49,567 nucleotides of DNA. Source: Chiloscyllium plagiosum. Lineage: Eukaryota. The position numbers and the translations under genes were made by a program. This document shows, in pieces, positions 24,305-37,339 of the stretch. The number at the start of each line of letters is the position of its first letter. The first letter of the stretch is position 1. The stretch spans positions 3,906,208 to 3,955,774 of the forward strand of contig NC_057751.1 of NCBI RefSeq assembly GCF_004010195.1, written 5' to 3'. Under the pieces are notes generated by a model, which did not search any database, was not told where the DNA came from, and saw only the letters and a list, made by a program, of their open reading frames with translations.

Positions 24305-24980
24305 AGAGTTATGGAGAGTCATTTAGTCCTACAGCATGGAGACAGGCCCTTTGACCCAAACTGGTCCATGCCAACCAAAATGCCCACCCACGCTAACCCC
24401 ATTCCCCTGCACTTGGCCCATGTCCTTCTAATCCTTTCTTGTCCATGTATTTGTCCAAATGCCTTATAAATGTTGTTTATGTACCCACCTCAGCCACGTC
24501 CGCTGGCAGTTCATTCCATATGCATATCACCCTTTGTAAAAAACGTTGCCCCTCAGGTTCCCTTTTATTCATTCCCCTCTACTCCCAAAAGTAGACCACT
24601 AAGGATAACTGTCAGCAAATTCAACCCTGAAACATGGCACAGACCATTCGACACATCGACTGCTCTGCCATTCAATCACGGCTGATAAGCTTCTCAACCC
24701 CATTCTCCAGTTTTCTCCTCATAACCCTTGATCCCCTGGACAATCAAGAATCTATGGCCATCTTAAGTATACTCAATGACCTGGCACCCACAGTTTTCTA
24801 TGGCAGTGAGTTCTATAGATTCACCATTCTCTGGCTGAAGATGTTTCTCCTCATCTCCAGGCTAAAAGATCTTCCATTACTCTAAGGATGTGCCCTCGAG
24901 TACTAGTCTCTCCTATCAATGGAAACATCTTCATAACATCCACTCTGTCCAGGCCATTCAGTATTCTGTAAGTTCCATTA
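24305..24980 (-). mobile_element. Two adjacent CR1/HER1 3' fragments
   Basis: Tails agagtc..tacagcatggagacaggccct (24316) and agaccattcg..catcga..ctgctctgccattcaat (24640). Confidence 0.7.
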
Positions 24981-25125
24981 ACTGTCCCAATCAAGTTGAA
25001 GACGACATGATATGATTCACTGCTATCAAAAGAAGCATTCCTCCAAAGTGTAATCAGTCACTTAAGGTGATCTGGCCCCAATCTATTTGAGAACTGCCAG
25101 TCTCTGACACACTTCCGAGCTACTG

Positions 25126-25262
25126 TCAGTTCTGAGGAAGGCTCACTGAACCCGAAATGTTAATTCTGATTTCTCTCCACAAATGCTGCCAGACCTGCTG
25201 AGCTTTTCCAGCAATTTCTGTTTTTGTTTCTGATTTTCAGCATCCACAATTTCAATTTTTAT
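25126..25262 (+). mobile_element. Short hammerhead-bearing PLE 3'-end (family B)
   Basis: cagtt-CTGAGGA-aggctc-actg-aaccc-GAAA-tgtt-aatt, then tctccacaaatgctgccagacctgctgag. Confidence 0.8.
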
Positions 25263-26625
25263 TTAGTACCTGACAGGCTTCCTCCTGACGTACAGCAATG
25301 TGCAAAACAAGCTAGGCTTTTTGTTTGAAATCCCTGTAACACTTCCAATTCCTCCATACATAATGGTTAATTTCTGTAGTTGTTGGTTCTCCGTTTGACA
25401 GACCTCATGCAATAAAAAGACCTCCAACGTCATCACTAAAAATCTGTTGGAGGAAATAAAAGATAGGCAAGAGTACCAAATGTCTGACAGCAATTTGTCC
25501 AAAACAGTTGCATTGCAGTGAAGGTTAAATAGCAGCAATCAGTTTTATAATCATTTGCAGCTCTAGTTCTGTCTGGTGTTCTCACTGCACAGAGAGGAAC
25601 TAATGTATTAATCAAATATTTGAATTACAGTTGGAAGAACACAGAAATTCAAAACTACAGTGAGCTAGATTGGTCACATATCTTGCATAAACCTCAAAGC
25701 TGGTAGCTTCTGCAGATTGTTTGTGAAGCTGGCAGGTGGACAAGTGATTGCAATCAGGTAAATAAGTCCAGGGCTCCAGGTATCTGTTGCAGAAAATACA
25801 GGTCATGAAAGGGTTAATGTCAGAGACTGGATGAAACTCCACCTAATCTAATGATATCATAAGATCTTGGGTGGGAAAGTTAGGAGAAGAGCTCTTGGTG
25901 TTGAAGGGGTCAGATGTGTCATTTTATTTTCTCAGAATTTTGGTGTCAATGTCTAAATCACTAGGGTAACTTGTATCTCATTGCGATCATGTAACAACGT
26001 ACAACTTGTTGAAACAAGACTGTCTTCGCACTGAGACTCTTGCATGATTATTCCTCGACGAGATATTAGTCGGATTGAAACAGATGAACTGAATGTGCAA
26101 GAATAAATAAATAAAACTTAGAACATAAGACCGTATAGCACACGAAAGGGCCCTTCGATGCCAAAGTGAACTAATCCCGTCTGTCTGCCCTTAGTCCATA
26201 TCCCTCCATTCCTTGCACATTTATGTGCTGCTCTAAAGTCCCTGAAACACCCCAAAGAAGTATGATCTGACAGCCATTACAGAAACATGGGCTGCAAAAA
26301 GCCACATGTCGGAAACGTGTGTCAAGGTCTCCTAACAGTAAACACATAGAAGGTTGGAGTATAAATGAAGAAATAATAGGATCTTGTCAAAAAGATATGG
26401 CAATAATCATGGGGGAAATTTTGTTCTCAAATAGATGAGATGAAAATCTATTGAGTGAAACTCATCCAGAAGAAAAGTTCATGTAATATTTTCCAAATGG
26501 TTTCTTCAAACATCATGTTCTGGCCAGTCAAAAGACTGTACTCAACCTGATATTGTGCAATAAGATAGGATTAATTAATTACATCACAAGGATGGTACAG
26601 CGAGGTCACAGTGATCACAATATAA

Positions 26626-28690
26626 TTGAATATTACATCGCCTCAATTGGCCTGCCCCCTCACCCATTCCAAACTATCTCCCTCTAAACTGACTGCACTC
26701 TGTGCCCTCAGATCCAATCCGAACTTGGTAATCAAGCCTACTGACAAGAGTGGTGCTGTTGCTATCTGTCATATTGACTTCAACATTGAAGAGGTTGAGC
26801 GCCAGCTCTCATATCTCCTCCCATCTCCCCATGGACCATGACTCCACTATGAAACACAAGGCCAATGTGTCCACAACGGTTACTAATCTTCTTTCACCCA
26901 GTGATCTCCCCTCCAGTGTCACCAAGCACAAAGTCTTCTACCTCCTTCTCAAAATACACAAATCAGACTGACCAGGCAGACCCATTGCTTCTGCCTCTTC
27001 TTGCCTCACAGAACTCATCTGTTCCTACCTGGACTCAATTTTTCTCCCTTCTCCTGTCCCTTCCCACTCTCATGTGTGATTTTTCTAATGCCATATCTCA
27101 GGTTCAAAATTTCTAGTCCCCCTATTTACCATGGACATGCAAGCCCTTTGCAAGTCCATTCCCCGTTAGGATTGTCTCACTTTCTCGGTTTCTTTTGGAA
27201 ACCATCCCCGTCCATCACTAGCCTCCTCTGCCTGGCTGAGCTCATCCTCAATTTTAACAACTCTTTTAACACCACCCACTTACTTCAGATATAAGGTGTG
27301 CCATGGGGACACGTGGATCCCAGTTACGTCTGACTCTTTGTCAGGGGTACATGGAACATTCCTCAGTCCTCAGTCACGTCCGACCCATCTCCCGTACTTT
27401 GGCCCTCAGTCTTTCTCTTCCCTCCCACAATAGCGATAGGATCCTCCTTGTCCTCACCTACCATCTCACTAGCACCCGCATTCAAAGGATCATTAGCTGC
27501 CATTTGTGCCACCTCCAGCAGAATGCCACTACCAGATGTATATTCCCCTCTCTTCCCTTGTCAGCCTTCCTCAGGGACCATTCCTCCAGGGTACCTCGGT
27601 CCTTTTTTTCTCCAATCCCGATATCTCCCCACAGCGCCTTCCCATGCAATCACAGAATATTTAACACCTGCCGATTTACTTCCCCACTCCTCATTATCCA
27701 GGGCCCCAGACATATCTTCTAGGTGAAGCACTGGTTTACCTGCACTTCACGCAATCTTGTCACTGTATTCAATGCTCACAATGCGGTCTCCTTTACACTG
27801 GCGAGACGAAATGCAGACTAGCCAACCACTTCACAGAACACCTACACTCTGTCTGCAAAAATTATCCTGAGCTTCCAGCTGCCTGTCATTTCAGTGAATC
27901 TCTGTGTTCACTGGCCAACATCGTGCTACAGTGTTCCGGTGAAGCTTAGCGCAAGCGGAAGAACAACATCTCATTTTCTGGCGGTGAAACCCTGTAACTC
28001 TCTGGAGTCAACCTCATGTTCAATAATCTTTAGGGTCTTAGCATGTTCTCTCATGTCCTTACCCCAACCTCTATACACCAGGTCTTGTACTCACATGGGC
28101 TGCTTCCACAAACAACCCATTTTCAGCCACTGACACTCCCCATTAGCTGCTAATCATTCGACCAAACTGGCCTTTACCCACCCCTTTGTCTGTCCAGTTT
28201 TTTTTTTCTCTCTCTCTCTGGGTTCCATCTCCATCTATCATTTCATCTCCCCCTTTCCCTTACCCCTTCTTTGGCATTTAGGTATTAAGTCTGCTTTTTC
28301 TCCACAAATTAGATTACTTATAGTGTGGAAACAGGCCCTTCGGCCCAACAAGTCCACACTGACCCACCGAAGCACAACCCACCCAGACCCATTCCTACAT
28401 TTACCCCTTCACCTAACACTACGGGCAATTTAGCATGGCCAATTCACCTAACCTGCACATTTTTTTTGTGGACTATGGGAGGAAACCTGAGCACCCAGAG
28501 GAAACCGACACAGACACGGGGAGAATGTGCAAATTCCACACAGTCAGTCGCCTGAGGCGGGAATTGAACCCGGGTCTAAGGCAGCAGTGCTAACCACTGC
28601 GCCACCGTGCCACCCACAATAGGTCAAACCTACTGAGTTTTTCCAGTAATTTCTGATTTTGTTTCTGATTTCCATAGTTATTTGTTTTGT
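26626..28690 (+). mobile_element. Decayed Neptune-like PLE (RT, Cys-rich linker, GIY-YIG), internally deleted and split by a SINE
   Basis: LRSNPNLVIKPTDKSGAV (PLE DKG motif), FYLLLKIHK, G..MGT, FPCN...NTC linker, C.QCGLLY.GETK.RL..HF.EH (~27770-27840). A family B tail resumes at 28620-28690. Confidence 0.85.
28306..28617 (-). mobile_element. HE1-type SINE, near full length
   Basis: Reverse complement of 38184-38505, including the tRNA head and taatc tail. Confidence 0.9.
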
Positions 28691-29935
28691 TTTTAATTGA
28701 ATCTGTATTTAGTTTAAGGAAGTGAGGAATGGGTCTAAAGGTCGTATTTTAAATGTATATAAGGTTAATTCCGAGGACATGAAGGAGAGCGAGCTAAAAT
28801 GAACTTGTAAATTAGATTAAGGGTTAGGTCATATGCAGAAGTAAGTACAAGAGAAAGCTGGCTACAAATTTTAAAATGGATAAGAGTTTCTATTGCCATT
28901 TAAAAAAGGGAAAGAGTCAATAAAGTGAACACGGGTCCGATAGAAATTGAGTCTGCAGAATTAAGAATGGAAAAAACGATGACAAATCAAACAAGTATTT
29001 TTCACCAGTCTTAAATGTAGAGGTTACATGCATAACATCCTAGAATTGGCTGTAAATCATAAAATAAAAGACAGGAACTAAAGAAAATTACAAATATTCA
29101 CTCATATTACAGGGCAGTTACCTTAAAATCCATCACAGGGAAAATATTTTGTGAAAGGGAAATTCAGGATAACTCATCCATAAGAGCTCCTTGAAGAAGT
29201 AACCTGTGTTGTGGATAGAGGATATCCAGTGCATGTACTGTACCTACACTGCTTCAAGGTATTTCATAACCCACAAGCTTCTTTTGAAATTCATCATATG
29301 TTAGGCCTACCATTCCAGGGATCATCTGTGTGAAGCTTCGCTGGACAGGTTCCAGTGCCACTATGTCCCTCCTGAGGTGTGGGGCCCAAAACTGGAACAC
29401 TATGTTTTAAATGGGGCCTAACTGAAGCTTTATAAAGTCTCAGAAGCGCAATGCTGCTTTTATATCCTAACCCTCTTGAGATAAATAACAACATTACATT
29501 CACTTTCTTAATCATGGACTCAACCTGCAAGTTACTCTTGAGAGAAGCCTGGACTAGCACTCCCAGATCCTTTTGTACTTCGGCTTTATGAATTATCTCA
29601 CCATTTGGAAAATAGTCCATGCCTGTATTCTTTTTCCCAAAGTGCAAGACCTCATATTTGCTCACATTGAATTTCATCAGCCATTTCCTGGACCACTCTC
29701 CTAAACTGTCTGAATCTTTCTGCAACCTCCCCATCTCCTCAGTACTACCTGCCTGTCCACCTCACTTTGTATCATTGGCAAACTTAGCCAGAATGCTCCC
29801 AGTCCCTTCATCCAGATCATTTAATATATAAAGTGAACAGCTACAACTCCAACACTCAACCCTGCAGGACCCCACTTGTCACCAGCTGCCATTCTGAATA
29901 AGAACCTTTTATCCCAAGTCTCTGCCTTCTGTCAG

Positions 29936-30147
29936 GTCAGGCAGCATCCAGGGAACAGGAGATTCGACGTTTCGGGCACAGGCCCTTCTTCAGGAATGAG
30001 CAGAGAGTGTTCAGCAGGAGAAGATAAAAGGTAGGGAGGAGGAACTTGGAGGAGGGGCGTTGGAAATGTGATAGGTGGAAAGAGGTAAAGTGTTCCAGCA
30101 ATAAAGTTTCAACTTTGATCTCCAGCATCTGCAGACCTCACTTTCTC
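29936..30147. mobile_element. 5'-inverted hammerhead-bearing PLE insertion (family A)
   Basis: Perfect 16-bp TSD ctctgccttctgtcag (29920-29935, 30148-30163). Minus arm 29936-~30089, plus arm 30091-30147. Confidence 0.9.
29962..29997 (-). ncRNA. Best-preserved minimal hammerhead ribozyme
   Basis: Minus strand: attc-CTGAAGA-a-gggc-ctgt-gccc-GAAAC-GTC-gaat. Perfect 4-bp stem I and 4-bp stem II, loop-less palindromic ACGT stem III, GUC site. Confidence 0.8.
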
Positions 30148-30869
30148 CTCTGCCTTCTGTCAGACAGCCAATCTTCAGTCCATGCCAGTAACTCACCTCG
30201 AACACCATGGGCCCTCACCTCACTCCGCAGCCTCCCGTGCGGCACCTTATCAAAAGCTTTTTGGAAGTCTGGATGGTTTCCCTGGACTTACCTATTTGTT
30301 CCCTCTTCAAAGAATTCTAAAAGATTTGTCAGGCATGACCTCCCCTTACTTAATCCATGCTGACTTGTTCTAATCTGACCCAGCACTTCCAAGAATTTAG
30401 AAATCTCATCCTTAACAATGGATTGCAGAATTTTACCAACGACCAAGATTAGGCTAATCAGCCCATATTTTCCCATCTTTTGTCTTAGTCCTTTGAACAA
30501 TAGACAACAGGTGCAGGAATAGGCCATTCTGCCCTTCGAGCCAGCACTACCATTCATTATGATCATGGCTGATCATCCTCAATCAGTATCCTGTTCCTGC
30601 CTTATCCCCATAACTCTTGATTCCATTGTCCCTAAGTCTCTTGAAAGTATCCAGAGACTTGGCCTCCATAGCCTTCTGGGGCAGAACATTCCATACACCC
30701 ACCACTCTCTGGGTGAAGAAGTTTCTCCTCAACTCTGTTCTAAGTGGCCTACCCTTTATTTTTAAACTGTGTCCTCTGGTTCAGGACTCACCCATCAGCT
30801 GAAACATGCTTCCTGCCTCCAGATCCTTTATTAATCTTACACAAGGGGGTTACAACAGCGATTTTCCAA

Positions 30870-31280
30870 TCGACGAATAGTTGGAATGGGTGGTTGTCTT
30901 GCAAGGAAATGTTAGACAGGTGACTCTTGGATTTGCTGGAATTTGGAAGATTAAGAGATGAAAACATATCGATTTTGAGGGGGTTTGCTCAGTGGATGTG
31001 GAATCTAGAACAATGAGTCATCATATAAAAGTAAGGGTCCACCTGTATTTTCTCAGTCAATGATTTTTGGAACTTTTTTCCTCTTTCGACAGTGGAAGCA
31101 GTCTGAATATTTTTCAGACAGAAATTGGTGGATTCTTGACATCCACAGGTGAAAGGTTATCAGAGGTGGTCAGGAATGTCAAGTTCAGTTTATAATTAGA
31201 TAAGCCGTGATCTTATTAAATAGCAGAACAAGATCAATGGCTAATTGGCGTACTCCTGCTCCTAACTCATAAGTTTATAT
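30870..31280 (+). mobile_element. Old CR1 3' fragment
   Basis: Similar to 10870-11373 and 13100-13235. Confidence 0.6.
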
Positions 31281-32389
31281 GATCCTTGATGGGAGGGATC
31301 AGGAGGAGTCACCAAAAGTATTGTCCTGCATTTGAGAAGCTTCTGGACTTTCATCTACTTTGGTTAACAGTTCGGAAAAAAATGATTTGATGAAGTACTG
31401 CAGTAACTTGCAAAATTGCAAGTACTGACCACAGTCATCTTTTAACTTTTGCACAGTTATCAATGTGAGACTGACTGAATCCACATTGGAATTCACGTCC
31501 AAATCAAAGTTTCAGGGCAAATGTGAGTCACATGTCTATTCAATCTATTATTACACTTAGCTTAACATACACTTATGACAGCAGCAGCAGCTCCAACAAG
31601 CTTGAACATTGAATAAAACAACCATGAATTAAGAAGAAATTGTAATCCTCTGCTCCTTCAACAATGTGCAGTTTCTGAATTCTCCAATTATTGTAGGCTC
31701 ACGGTCAGCAGACAAACATTATTTAATTGTAGCAGCCAAATCAGCAAAAAATATTAAAACATTTACAATTGGCTGTAAACAGCCACAGCTACTGTGCACA
31801 GTTGCCTAATGGATGTTTCCATCTGTTTGAGTGAAACAGAGTTGTCTGTGTTATACCAGCTTATTTTCTGACTGTCTAACTCCAAGTTTCTCTCGCAATG
31901 GCCAATCAGAGAGGGAGAGCTGATCATTGTTATGGAAATCTTAGTTGGCCAATGATAAAATTCAGCAACACCAATCTAATAAATTTGCATGATCACTCTA
32001 TCACATGTGCCCAAAAATACACACATACTCACAGGCTTCATGAAATGGGCTCTCATAACTACCATTCCATAGATCATTAACTCTCAATGCACACAAAGCA
32101 TTTGCTTTGCTCTGCACTAATCTGATCCTACCTAAAACTGTGAGCAACCTGTGCAAATCGTCAAGGGGAGAAATTCAGATGACTGATATGAGTAATTTAA
32201 TGGCTTCTTTAACATGGCCTTCTTGTGGTACAGTGGTAGTGTTCTCACCTCAGGACCCGGAGTTCTGTGTTCAAGTCCCACCCGCTCCAAAGGTGTGGAA
32301 TAACCTCACTTAACAGGTTGATTAGAAAAATAGGTTTTACACAAAAGTTTCCTTGTGGCCTTGATTCATATTTCCTCCACATCCATCAC

Positions 32390-32484
32390 CCTGTTCCTCG
32401 GATGCTGCCTGAACTGCTGTGCTTTTCCAGCACCACTCTAATCCAGAATCTAGTTTCTAGCGTCTGTAGTCATTGTTTTTACCT
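32390..32484 (+). mobile_element. Family A PLE tail lacking the hammerhead core
   Basis: Nearly identical to 540-632. Confidence 0.8.
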
Positions 32485-32839
32485 TTTATCCACATCCATC
32501 AAAACAGGTGAAAGCTTCAGAATTCATGGAGAATACAACAGCATCAAACTAAAAAATTCTGTGAATATCAAAATAAATAACCATATTGAGAATATTGTCT
32601 TCAGAAAGCTTAAGAAAGCTGAAAATACATCAGGTTAACAGCCCTTTCATCCATCAACAGATGAAACAGGTGCCTGCCACACAACAAGGGAAAAGAAGAG
32701 TTAATGCCAATGGTTAAAAAAAATCCAGGTGCTTTCATACAACATTCACAGGAGGTCCATGTGATGTAGCCATAGTGAAAGTGAACAAGCGACTCGGTGT
32801 GTTCACAGATTCATTCATGATTATAAACATAGCAACATA

Positions 32840-32966
32840 AAAGGAAGTACTGCAGATGCTAGAGATCTGAAACAAAACAGAAATTGCTGGCAAAACTCAG
32901 CAGATCTGATAGCGTCTGTGGGAAGAAAGCAGAGTTAATGTTTTGAAAGCACTGGCTCTTCATCAC
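32840..32966 (-). mobile_element. Family B PLE 3'-end with degenerate hammerhead
   Basis: Reverse complement begins tgatgaagagccagtgctttcaaaacattaactctg, followed by the family B tail. Confidence 0.7.
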
Positions 32967-34584
32967 TATGGTATTTAGTTTCCTTTATATATTCACTTGT
33001 GGGACATAGGCAATAAATTCTGGCCAGCCAGCAATGCCTATGCCAAGTTGCCTTTGAGAAGGTGTTGGTGAGCTGCCTTCTTAAACTGCTGCAGTCCACA
33101 TGCTATAGGTTGACCCACATTGCCCTGATAGGAAATTCTAGGATTTTGACCCAACATTATTCTCAGTTGGAATACCGCGACTTGCTTTGATCTTCTCACA
33201 TGATGAGGAATTCTGAACTTCTGAAATAATTTAAGAGACAGCAGCAGAACAAGTGTTCAAATGGAAACAACTGAATTGAGTAGTTCAGCAAAACAAGTGG
33301 AATCTGTCCACTTCGGAGAAGCATATCCTTGTGAATCATTTGATTTAAATTTGTAAATTTTCAAATGAAAAAATAATTTCATCAAAAATGATTACAGCAG
33401 GCCCAGGAATCAAGTTACATTATGCAAACTAAGAGCTGTGGCACATACCAGGAGATGATTCTTCTCCAACAGTGAAGTGGAATTGATTGCCAGTGTATGT
33501 CGTGAAAACGGCAGTTCAGCACACGATCAAAAAAGCTGAAACTGTTTCCATTTGGCACTGGGGTTATTTCTGACAAGATCATCTGAAGTATGAATCAGAG
33601 TCAAAATGATCTTTCAGACAAATTTTGATTGCTTAAGCGTACTCTGGATATTTCTTTGCTTCACGAATTGACCTGGAGTGCTACTTATCTCAATTTTCAA
33701 CTCTCCCAGTTGGTTGTATAGGTCCAAGTAGGGTGTATAAAACATGTATTTGTTGCAAAAGTCATCAAGTGTGCTGGAAAGACTGGAGGGAACCAGCATT
33801 TCTTATCGTGTCCAACATTTCTGGAAACAATGTATTTCACAATGTACATTTTCAGACAGTTTGGACACAAACAATGAAGATGGTTGCAGTTTGAAGTCAA
33901 CTATCTTAGCCCTAGTACATCCTCGGGATAGTGTCCTAGGCCCAATCAGCTTCAGCTATTTCATCGATGACTTTCCCTCCATCATAAAGTCAGAAGTGGG
34001 GGAGGTTCGCTGATGATTGCTCAATCTTCAACATCATTCATAACTCCTCAGAAATTGAGGCGTGTCATGTGTATTTGCAACAAAATGTGGACAGTATCCA
34101 GGTTTGGCTTTCAAATCATTCGAGGAAAAATTAGAACAATTAGAGCAGAGAATATTAAGAAGTGACCTTATTGAGCTATTCAAAATTATGAACAAATTTG
34201 ACAGAGTAAAAATGTAAGTTATGTTTCCACTTGTTGCTATGTCAGTAAATCAAGGTCACAATTTCAAGATTGTCAGTGAAAAAAATAGGAATGAGTGAGT
34301 TGTTTGGATTTGGAATGCCCTGTCCAAGAGAGAAGAGGAGGCAGATTCCATAGGAGGATTGAAAACAAAAGGTGAAAATATATTTGAAAGTAATGAAGTT
34401 AGAGGGCTATGGAAATGGGCTAGAGAGTGGGACAAGCAGGAAAACTCTTTTGGGATCTGGTACAGACAGGATGGGTTGAAGGTTGTTGGGTCACCAACGA
34501 GAGACTATTAAATCATTACTTCATGACATTCAATTATATCACCGTTACTGAATCCTCCACTTTAGTCAACATCCTGGAGGGTCC

Positions 34585-34785
34585 AAAAAGCAATAGCTGG
34601 ATAAACTCAGCAGATCTAGCAGCATCTGTCAAAAGAAAGCAGAGTCAACGTTTTCGGTCCACTGACCCTTCTTCTGTTCTCAAGTAGCATTGCTGGACTG
34701 AAATACTGACTCTGCTTTCTTTCCACAGATGCTGTCAGACATGCTGAGTTTCTCCAGGTATTTCTGTTTTTGTGTCAAATTCCAT
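34585..34785. repeat. Head-to-head palindromic pair of family B hammerhead elements
   Basis: Left arm aaactcagcagatctagcagcatctg...aaagcagagtcaacgttttcggtcc is inverted relative to right arm ggactgaaatactgactctgctttc...cagatgctgtcagacatgctgagttt. Confidence 0.75.
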
Positions 34786-35739
34786 CATTGTTTTGAAGCT
34801 GGAAGTTACCATTGGCTAGAAATGGAACTCGACCTGCCAACAGAAATACTGTGGCTACAAAAGCAAGTTAATGACTAGGAATTTGACAGCGTCTAACTCA
34901 CCTCCTAACTTCTTGAAGCCTGTCCAGTGACAGAACACTCTTCATGTGCCTAAATGTGTGCAGCTCCAGTAATACTCAATAACAGCCAAGTAGGACAAGG
35001 GTAACACATCCATGTGAACACCACAACCCACAAGTCCCCCTCTAAATTTCACATAATCCTGAGCTGCAACTATATGCTATTCCTTCACTGTCACTGGATT
35101 AACATCCTGGAACTACCTCCCAAACAACAGTCAGTGTCACTGCACCATATGGACTGAAGCATTTCAATAACTTACCACTACCTTCTCCATAGCAATTAGA
35201 AAAAGGCAACAAATGCTGGATTGCAAGTGACACACACGTCCTGGCAAAGAGTATTTTTAAAAGGCTAACATGGCATTTTTAAAATACAATAACTGTTGTA
35301 AAGTAGCTAAAGAGGCACTGAAATCATGATAGCCATTGCCAGGACGTGAAGTCACTTGAAATCAGGAAAGTATGTTTAAAAAACTGTTGTTAGTTCTTTT
35401 TCTTTCATACCACAAACGTGCATTGTATTCCAAAATGCAATATGCCCTCTCTCAACTCGTTCAGACAATTAGGATTTCACTGCACTGCCTAAACCCCAAG
35501 GCTGCAATGGAGTTTAAGAGACCATCTCTGCTGCATGCTATTTCAATACTATTTATTTCCTTATTAACATTGTCATGGAAACTGCCGAAGAGATGATAAG
35601 GAATTCAACTGCAACAGCATAAATGTATAATCTGATCCTTTGAAATTTCTTAGTTTATTTCCACGATTGATGATCATATCAAGGGGAATGGCATGAGGGA
35701 TATCTATTTTGTTGAACAGTACTTTTGTAGAAAACACCA

Positions 35740-36930
35740 GAGGACACATTTTATTCATGATTAAATGAGATCCTTAACTGGCCTATAATACTGTTCAACC
35801 AAAGTTTTGAGGAGGTGACAAGCAGTGTTAAAGAGCAGAATGCCATGCAAATTGTCTGCACGGATTTCAGTGAGGCTTTTGTCAAGGTCCCACCAAGTTG
35901 GCTAATCATAAAGCGAACGTAAAAAAAGTTTGATCCATGGGTGAATGGCAAATTGGTGCCACAATACCAAAGAAAATGACTGATGGGTGCTTTTGTGATT
36001 TGAAGACTGTTACCAATATGGTTCCTCAGGACCGAATGCTCAGTTTTTTTTGAGTTGTATTAAGGCTTAAAGATTTGGATCATAACAGAAATTCCAAATA
36101 ATGTCAAAGTTGACAAAGTGATTGACTGCAGTGAGGAAAACTTCAGATTACATCAAGATGGTCTGGTCACCTGGACAGAAGGTAATGTATTTTGGGTACT
36201 GCATCGCGCAAGGAAAAACACCACAAATAGTCGGATACTGAGAAGTCTGGAGAAATAGATGTACGTTCACAGATAACAGGTCAGACAAAGGTATACAGTC
36301 TGCTTTCCTTTCCTATGTGAGGCACAGAATATAAGTTCTGCTACAACTGCATTCAACAACAGCTCGATCATAACTTGAGAACTGTGCACAGTTCTGGTCA
36401 CCACATTGTTTGCGAGATGAGATTATGAGGGAGGATGCAAAGCAAACTTGCCAGCATGTCGCCAGAAGTTCACAATCAGCAAATATTGTATCAGCTTGGG
36501 TTGTTTTCTGATAAACAGACAAGAATTATTTGAGGTGCAAATAATAATGGAGTGCCCAGTTAGATAAAATAAGATGAACTCCCTTCATGAGCGATCAAAA
36601 CCTATGGATGTGGATTGAAAATATCAGGCCAAAGAATTACAGAGATGAGATGAGCTACATTCCCTCAAATTCTGCTATGGAAGCCTGCAATGTTTGTGCT
36701 TGGCAAGGACTTCTGTGACCCAAAGACAATGTGTCCACACAGAAATCAGCCAGTCTGCTGTGTGCACAGATCCTCCGAGTGGCTGCACAGCTTAAAGAGA
36801 ATGTTGGAACTGAGGAAGTAAGTTTTCACTTCGAGTGACAAACTCCTGGAACTCACCCAAAAGAATGGTGGAGCCAAAAACTGTCACCACATTTGAAAAG
36901 CAATTGAAAGAATGTGGAATTAGGATCGGT
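35740..36930 (+). mobile_element. Highly decayed CR1 RT/3' fragment
   Basis: DF..AF.KVP, VPQG and C.QFWSP remnants. Confidence 0.6.
36655..36806. mobile_element. Putative hAT-type MITE inside CR1
   Basis: Imperfect TIRs ctacattccctcaaattctg / cagcttaaagagaatgttg. Flanks gagatgag and gaactgag match at 6 of 8 positions. Confidence 0.5.
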
Positions 36931-37339
36931 ACCTCTGGCATGAACGCATTGAGCCAAATAACCTCTGGCTGAGTCATAAACATCACTATTCAAAGCCCAG
37001 AAGGCTCAAATCGAAAACTGTCTGTCTTTTGACACTGCAGAGATGAGTCACAGTATCATGGTTTTGCAGCATGCTATTTCATGGAAAGTGCAACAGGAGA
37101 AGGAAGCAAAACCAGTCATCTCCAGCTTTCATAAAATGAATATTATGAAGAGAGGATCCACCTCTCATGAACACCTTCTCTGCAGCTAATAAAGACACTA
37201 CATTGCACCAAATCCCTCCAAAGGGGAAGCAAGATACAGCTTGAAGACTAATTTAAAATAAACTTAAAGCATTGCATTTTTGGGTCAGCCAAACATCAAC
37301 AAAGGATCATTCAACTGAAACAGGTTGCTGCTGAAGCAG

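Larger units (their letters stand above)
29290..30870 (-). mobile_element. CR1 LINE ORF2 (RT) fragment with nested insertions
   Basis: ORF 29294-29734 (WLMKFNVSK..VLHFG, KDLGV, LYKASVRPHL) and QHGLSKGRSCLTNLLEFFEE. A second CR1 3' end is nested at ~30500-30835. Confidence 0.9.

Noticed and set aside
31394..31428. Short palindrome (acttgcaaaattgcaagt) within a 67-aa ORF
   Set aside because: Too short and isolated to distinguish from chance.
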